Positions 35,763-42,040 of a DNA stretch of 42,040 bases are shown here, one piece after another. The position numbers and the translations under genes were made by a program. The notes below the pieces were generated by a model. The model had not been told where the DNA came from. It did no database searches and saw nothing but the letters and a program-made list of their open reading frames with translations. Each line of letters opens with the position of its first letter. The stretch's first letter is position 1. The DNA is from Octopus bimaculoides (Eukaryota). The stretch is from assembly GCF_001194135.2 (NCBI RefSeq), contig NC_068985.1, forward strand, positions 125,170,685-125,212,724, in the 5' to 3' direction.

Positions 35763-35826
35763 TAGACCAAAGCCTTGAGTGGATTTGATTGATGGAAACT
35801 GAAAGCTCGTCGTATATATATATATA
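35763..35826 (+). mobile_element. SINE family A head remnant leading into (TA)n and gap
   Basis: gaccaaagccttgagtggattt...ggaaactgaaag..cgtcgtatata. Confidence 0.7.
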
Positions 35827-36583
35827 NNNNNNNNNNNNNNNNNNNNNNNNNNNNNNNNNNNNNNNNNNNNNNNNNNNNNNNNNNNNNNNNNNNNNNNNNN
35901 NNNNNNNNNNNNNNNNNNNNNNNNNNNNNNNNNNNNNNNNNNNNNNNNNNNNNNNNNNNNNNNNNNNNNNNNNNNNNNNNNNNNNNNNNNNNNNNNNNNN
36001 NNNNNNNNNNNNNNNNNNNNNNNNNNNNNNNNNNNNNNNNNNNNNNNNNNNNNNNNNNNNNNNNNNNNNNNNNNNNNNNNNNNNNNNNNNNNNNNNNNNN
36101 NNNNNNNNNNNNNNNNNNNNNNNNNNNNNNNNNNNNNNNNNNNNNNNNNNNNNNNNNNNNNNNNNNNNNNNNNNNNNNNNNNNNNNNNNNNNNNNNNNNN
36201 NNNNNNNNNNNNNNNNNNNNNNNNNNNNNNNNNNNNNNNNNNNNNNNNNNNNNNNNNNNNNNNNNNNNNNNNNNNNNNNNNNNNNNNNNNNNNNNNNNNN
36301 NNNNNNNNNNNNNNNNNNNNNNNNNNNNNNNNNNNNNNNNNNNNNNNNNNNNNNNNNNNNNNNNNNNNNNNNNNNNNNNNNNNNNNNNNNNNNNNNNNNN
36401 NNNNNNNNNNNNNNNNNNNNNNNNNNNNNNNNNNNNNNNNNNNNNNNNNNNNNNNNNNNNNNNNNNNNNNNNNNNNNNNNNNNNNNNNNNNNNNNNNNNN
36501 NNNNNNNNNNNNNNNNNNNNNNNNNNNNNNNNNNNNNNNNNNNNNNNNNNNNNNNNNNNNNNNNNNNNNNNNNNNNNNNNNNN

Positions 36584-37045
36584 AGTCAACCACGGTGAAA
36601 TTTGAACTCTGAGCGTATAGACGGACGAAATGCCGCTAATCATTTATTGCCGGCATGTTAACGTTTCCTTTCTACTCTAGGAACAAGACCCGAAATTTTG
36701 GGGGAGAGAGCCAGTCGATTAGATCGACCCCAGTACGCAACAGGTGCTTAATTTATCGACCCCGAAAGGATGAAAGGCAAAGTCGACCTCAGCGGATTTT
36801 GAACTCAAAATTTGAACTCAGACAGACGAAATACCGCTAAGCATTTCGCACGGCGTGCTAACGATTCTGCCAGCTCACCGACATAAGTTATCTTTCAATA
36901 TTGCTTTACTAAAATTCTGCCGAGGTCGACTTTGCTTTCATCTTTTCGGGGTCGATAAAATAAGTACCAATTGAACACTGGAGTCTATGTAATCGACTTA
37001 GCACCTCCTCCGAAATTACTGGTCTTCTACCAAAATTCGAAATCA
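36584..37045. mobile_element. Cluster of three SINE-B pieces: 36584-36665 (-), 36680-36880 (-), 36912-37045 (+)
   Basis: Core ccccgaaaggatgaaaggcaaagtcgacctc and its reverse complement gaggtcgactttgc.ttcatc are both present. Confidence 0.8.
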
Positions 37046-37347
37046 ATATTGTTCAACCAAAAACAGTTCTTGCTGTTTGCGTCGCTGTTGCTGCCACCGT
37101 TGAATTGTTACGACTACTGTCACTGCTGTTGTTGTTTTTACTGTTCTTACGTGCGTTAATAAGTGGGTAGAATCCGATTGTTGTTGATAGTCTTCTACGC
37201 TGTATCGTCTTCTTCCTGTTCTATATATTGACATCTCTCTTCACGCGCGCAAGACACACACACACACAAACACATTTATAAATATGCATGTCTGTGTATG
37301 CATAAATGTATGTATATATGTGTGTATGTGTGTGTGTGTGTATGTGT

Positions 37348-37391
<44 letters not shown>

Positions 37392-37424
37392 CTTGCGCGC
37401 GTGTAGATATATGAATATGAAACT

Positions 37425-37588
37425 GAAATGTTGTTGTTGGCACTCCGTCGCTAACGACGTCGAGGGTTCCAGTTGATTCGATGAACAGAACAGCCTGCTC
37501 GTGAAATTAACGTGCAAGTGGCTGAGCACTCCACAGACACGTGTACCCTTAACGTAGTTCTCGGGGATATTCAGCGTGACACAGTGTG
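37425..37588 (-). mobile_element. SINE family C, 3' half with (AAC)n end (runs into gap)
   Basis: ttgttgttggcactccgtcg...gcctgctcgtgaaattaacgtgcaagtggctgagcactccacagacacgtgtaccc. I assign it to the same family as 41877-42040 from recall of an octopus repeat. Confidence 0.65.
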
Positions 37589-37894
37589 NNNNNNNNNNNN
37601 NNNNNNNNNNNNNNNNNNNNNNNNNNNNNNNNNNNNNNNNNNNNNNNNNNNNNNNNNNNNNNNNNNNNNNNNNNNNNNNNNNNNNNNNNNNNNNNNNNNN
37701 NNNNNNNNNNNNNNNNNNNNNNNNNNNNNNNNNNNNNNNNNNNNNNNNNNNNNNNNNNNNNNNNNNNNNNNNNNNNNNNNNNNNNNNNNNNNNNNNNNNN
37801 NNNNNNNNNNNNNNNNNNNNNNNNNNNNNNNNNNNNNNNNNNNNNNNNNNNNNNNNNNNNNNNNNNNNGTTTTCAAAGGTGAATAAGCATCGAC

Positions 37895-37964
37895 AGCTAG
37901 CAAGCCAAACTACTCCAGACTGATGAAGAGCAATGACTCTGAAACTAGTCTCTGGATGCTAGCT
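37895..37964 (+). ncRNA. Apparently intact minimal type-I hammerhead ribozyme
   Basis: tccaga-CTGATGA-agag(caatga)ctct-GAA-ACTAGT-C-tctgga. Stem I is 6 bp perfect and extends as agctagca/tgctagct. Stem II is 4 bp. Stem III is palindromic. The GUC triplet predicts cleavage after 37950. Confidence 0.88.
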
Positions 37965-38564
37965 TTAGTGGGTGGAGGTGATTATCTTCCCTGTTTGAAA
38001 ACATAAGGACACAGTACGCTTGTGTCAGCCAACTGGAAACGGTATTTCCTGGGACTAAATAGAAGTAGCATTCTTCCCTTTCGTGGGATATCTGTCTATC
38101 TATCGATCTGTTTATCTATCGATCTGTTTATCTATCGATCTGTTTATCTATCTATCTGTATTGTACTATTTGAGTTTGTGTGTGTGCGTGCGCGCGCTAC
38201 ATATTACACAAAAGCATCGCGTCTCCTTGCGAACTTATATCTCACATGGATAAGACTCAGAAGTTTCAGCCAACTGAAACAGGAATCAAAAGCACTAGTT
38301 TCGTATTTTGACTGTAAATGCTCACCAGAAATCCGTTACCTCACATCACAGTTGCCGAAGACAAGTGCAAGAATTAGACAGATCTTTATTGCGAATTCAA
38401 AGAAATTTATAATAAAAATAAGGAAAGCTATATTACTGTACAAGTCCAGCATCCGAACATTATGTAGTACATGACTGGTATACTACATCCGGAAGAATAA
38501 AAAGATCAAAGCTGAGCAGCGTGAGATTCGAATTCGGAACATGACGGAATGAATATGACAATAT

Positions 38565-38600
<36 letters not shown>

Positions 38601-38850
38601 GGATGATGATGATATTGATGATGATGATGATGACGACGATAATGATCACCATCATCATCACTATCATCGTCATTATCGTGGTCGTTGTGGTTGTCGTCAC
38701 CACCGCCGCTGCCACCACCATTAACAACAGCAACAACGACAATGGCACAACCAACAACAACGGATGCAGCAGAAGACTCAACACCACCACCACAACCACC
38801 ACCACCACCACCACCACCACCACTACCACCACCATCATCATCATGACCAT
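38565..38850. repeat. Compound (GAT)n/(ATC)/(AAC)/(ACC)n tract
   Basis: Direct reading. Confidence 0.93.
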
Positions 38851-39870
38851 GGCAACTCCGTCTTTCTTTCTCAGACATAGTGCATCGCGGACTACATCAT
38901 CTAATGCATCTNNNNNNNNNNNNNNNNNNNNNNNNNNNNNNNNNNNNNNNNNNNNNNNNNNNNNNNNNNNNNNNNNNNNNNNNNNNNNNNNNNNNNNNNN
39001 NNNNNNNNNNNNNNNNNNNNNNNNNNNNNNNNNNNNNNNNNNNNNNNNNNNNNNNNNNNNNNNNNNNNNNNNNNNNNNNNNNNNNNNNNNNNNNNNNNNN
39101 NNNNNNNNNNNNNNNNNNNNNNNNNNNNNNNNNNNNNNNNNNNNNNNNNNNNNNNNNNNNNNNNNNNNNNNNNNNNNNNNNNNNNNNNNNNNNNNNNNNN
39201 NNNNNNNNNNNNNNNNNNNNNNNNNNNNNNNNNNNNNNNNNNNNNNNNNNNNNNNNNNNNNNNNNNNNNNNNNNNNNNNNNNNNNNNNNNNNNNNNNNNN
39301 NNNNNNNNNNNNNNNNNNNNNNNNNNNNNNNNNNNNNNNNNNNNNNNNNNNNNNNNNNNNNNNNNNNNNNNNNNNNNNNNNNNNNNNNNNNNNNNNNNNN
39401 NNNNNNNNNNNNNNNNNNNNNNNNNNNNNNNNNNNNNNNNNNNNNNNNNNNNNNNNNNNNNNNNNNNNNNNNNNNNNNNNNNNNNNNNNNNNNNNNNNNN
39501 NNNNNNNNNNNNNNNNNNNNNNNNNNNNNNNNNNNNNNNNNNNNNNNNNNNNNNNNNNNNNNNNNNNNNNNNNNNNNNNNNNNNNNNNNNNNNNNNNNNN
39601 NNNNNNNNNNNNNNNNNNNNNNNNNNNNNNNNNNNNNNNNNNNNNNNNNNNNNNNNNNNNNNNNNNNNNNNNNNNNNNNNNNNNNNNNNNNNNNNNNNNN
39701 NNNNNNNNNNNNNNNNNNNNNNNNNNNNNNNNNNNNNNNNNNNNNNNNNNNNNNNNNNNNNNNNNNNNNNNNNNNNNNNNNNNNNNNNNNNNNNNNNNNN
39801 NNNNNNNNNNNNNNNNNNNNNNNNNNNNNNNNNNNNNNNNNNNNNNNNNNNNNNNNNNNNNNNNNNNNNT

Positions 39871-40260
39871 ATTATTATTATTATTCAGTAGTTTTATTTT
39901 TATAACGTACTTTCACTTCACTACCGAGCGCAGCTCTGTGTGCCTTGAGTATGTGCTGTGGTTTGCTGTGGTGCTCTTATGTTTACTGTATTGAAAGTGT
40001 TTTGCGTAGAATGTGTGCAGTACCCAGTAGTGCAATTTTCTGTATGTTATATATATTTGTAAGCCCTGGTGTTTTTGTTATGTATTTGTCTGAATATTTT
40101 TTTATTATACCTAAGGCACCTACTATGATAGGAATTGTTTCTGTTTTTAGATTCCACATTCGAGTTACCTCTATTTTCAGGTCTTTGTATTTTGAAAGTT
40201 TCTCCATTTCTTTTAGGGAAACGTTGCCATCTGCTGGTATTGGTACATCAATTAGAAAGC
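39871..40260 (-). mobile_element. R4/Dong-like RLE LINE 3' fragment with (TAA)n tail
   Basis: EKLSKYKDLKIEVTRMWNLKTETIPIIVGALG...LLGTAHILRKTLSIQ*; tail at 39871-39886. Confidence 0.9.
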
Positions 40261-40299
40261 TTTTTTTTCTTCATGATCTTTGACAACTAAGTTGTGAGT

Positions 40300-40420
40300 T
40301 CACATCTCGTCGAGGTTAACTTTGCCTTTCATCACATCGAGTTGTCGATAAAATGAAATACCGATCAAGTACTAGGGTTGGTGTAATTGACAAACTCCTT
40401 CCCCTTGTGCCAAAATTTGA
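40300..40420 (+). mobile_element. SINE family B 3' fragment
   Basis: gaggttaactttgcctttcatc...gtcgataaaat...ccttgtgccaaaatttgaaa. Confidence 0.75.
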
Positions 40421-41446
40421 AACAGTTGTTATTGTTGTTGTTTAGGAAACCCTTTGAAGGATTCCTAAGAAATATTTGTGTCACACCGAAGTGAACTGAA
40501 ATCCTTTGAAACGTTTAACTGGGAGTAGATGAAACGAAACTTTCGCCTCGTGAAGCACAGCCAGTGCAGTCTTTTATCAACCCTTGACGTCATCACATAT
40601 GGCAGTGTATTTGTGCGAAAACTCCCAAGAATAAGCCACAAAAACATAACTGGGTCCAATTAAACAATTATTTTTGTTCCGCCATTTCATAAAAGAAATG
40701 GTTAATCGAAAGATTAAACTAAGGTATTTTTATCTCTCCTTTCTTTATATTATCTCCTTGCTACATGTCAAAGAAGATATTTCGCATGTTTACATAACCT
40801 TTGACCGATTTCAGATGTAAAAGATCAACAAGGAGGTATACGTTTAGACAAATACACAGTAATATATACATAGCAGGAACACGTGTTTCGCTCTAGCTTC
40901 TACCACTAACAAAACAATTTCCACTATATANNNNNNNNNNNNNNNNNNNNNNNNNNNNNNNNNNNNNNNNNNNNNNNNNNNNNNNNNNNNNNNNNNNNNN
41001 NNNNNNNNNNNNNNNNNNNNNNNNNNNNNNNNNNNNNNNNNNNNNNNNNNNNNNNNNNNNNNNNNNNNNNNNNNNNNNNNNNNNNNNNNNNNNNNNNNNN
41101 NNNNNNNNNNNNNNNNNNNNNNNNNNNNNNNNNNNNNNNNNNNNNNNNNNNNNNNNNNNNNNNNNNNNNNNNNNNNNNNNNNNNNNNNNNNNNNNNNNNN
41201 NNNNNNNNNNNNNNNNNNNNNNNNNNNNNNNNNNNNNNNNNNNNNNNNNNNNNNNNNNNNNNNNNNNNNNNNNNNNNNATAAAGAGAGAGAGACAGAGAC
41301 AGAGAAAAAGAGAGAGAAATATATATAAATATGCGATTGCGTACAACTGATATAAACATCCAACCGTGCATCCATCATCCATCCATCCGTACATACATAC
41401 ATGTCTATCTATCTATCTATCTATCTATCTTTTCATACATACATAC

Positions 41447-41485
<39 letters not shown>

Positions 41486-41876
41486 CACACACATGTATAT
41501 GTATGAATATGTGCGCGTGAGCCTGCACATCATATTACATATGTGCGTGCGTGTGTGTGTGTGTGTGTGTACACACAAACATATTTATACACACACTCAC
41601 GCATGTATAATCGAATAAGATGTTCGTCCAGTAATAATGAATGGTTAACTCCTTCAATTTCGAATCGTATTTATTCATTCATTTTATCTCCATTTATATT
41701 GTTTAGATAAAAATCTGAGATACTTAACTTATCATATATGTATAGACAGCAAAAATAAACATGAACAGAGCCACAGACAGACACACACGCACACATATAC
41801 TCATACACACGCATTCCCTCACTTGCATATGCACACAAACGTATATATGTTTGTACATGTACCTATGTATGTATGA

Positions 41877-42040
41877 AGTGGAGGTGCAATGGCCAGTGGT
41901 AAGGGAGGCGGTCTTGCCGTTTCGATTCCCAGACCGGGCGTTGTGTGTGTTTATTGAGTGAAAATACCTAAAGCTCCACGAAGCTCCGGCAGGGGGTGGT
42001 GGCGAACCTTGTACTCTTTCTCTCACTCTTTCTTCCTGTT
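41877..42040 (+). mobile_element. tRNA-derived SINE family C, 5' half (cut by the window edge)
   Basis: A-box tggccagtggtaagg and B-box gtttcgattccc; the region between the boxes looks shortened. Confidence 0.75.

Noticed and set aside
429-41961. Long ORFs rich in HT, YI, CV, LS or poly-amino-acid runs, or spanning X
   Set aside because: They are translations of microsatellites and N-gaps with no protein signal.

Overview
AT-rich, microsatellite-dense, gap-riddled eukaryotic DNA (about 15 N-gaps, roughly 5.7 kb, nearly all next to simple repeats). The repeat content looks like a cephalopod (Octopus-type) draft genome; this is inferred from the SINE families, not from a database search. I find no intact host gene, and most ORFs in the track are microsatellite or N-gap artefacts. 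The window is a transposon graveyard. It holds at least five Penelope-like (RT / GIY-YIG) fragments, four R4/Dong-like RLE-LINE fragments tied to trinucleotide microsatellites, a CRE-like LINE end, a Ty3/Gypsy integrase tail, three tRNA-derived SINE families (over 20 copies or fragments), two hAT MITEs sharing one target site, further MITE-like hairpins and a split Helentron-like element. The main signal outside the ORF track is a set of hammerhead-ribozyme (HHR) motifs. One minimal type-I HHR appears intact (37914-37956). Two long inverted-repeat elements carry HHR cores in both arms (164-478 and 14031-14989), each just downstream of a Penelope GIY-YIG end in the same antisense-then-sense order. 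Several decayed HHRs also occur. All alignments were done by eye and boundaries are approximate unless stated as exact.
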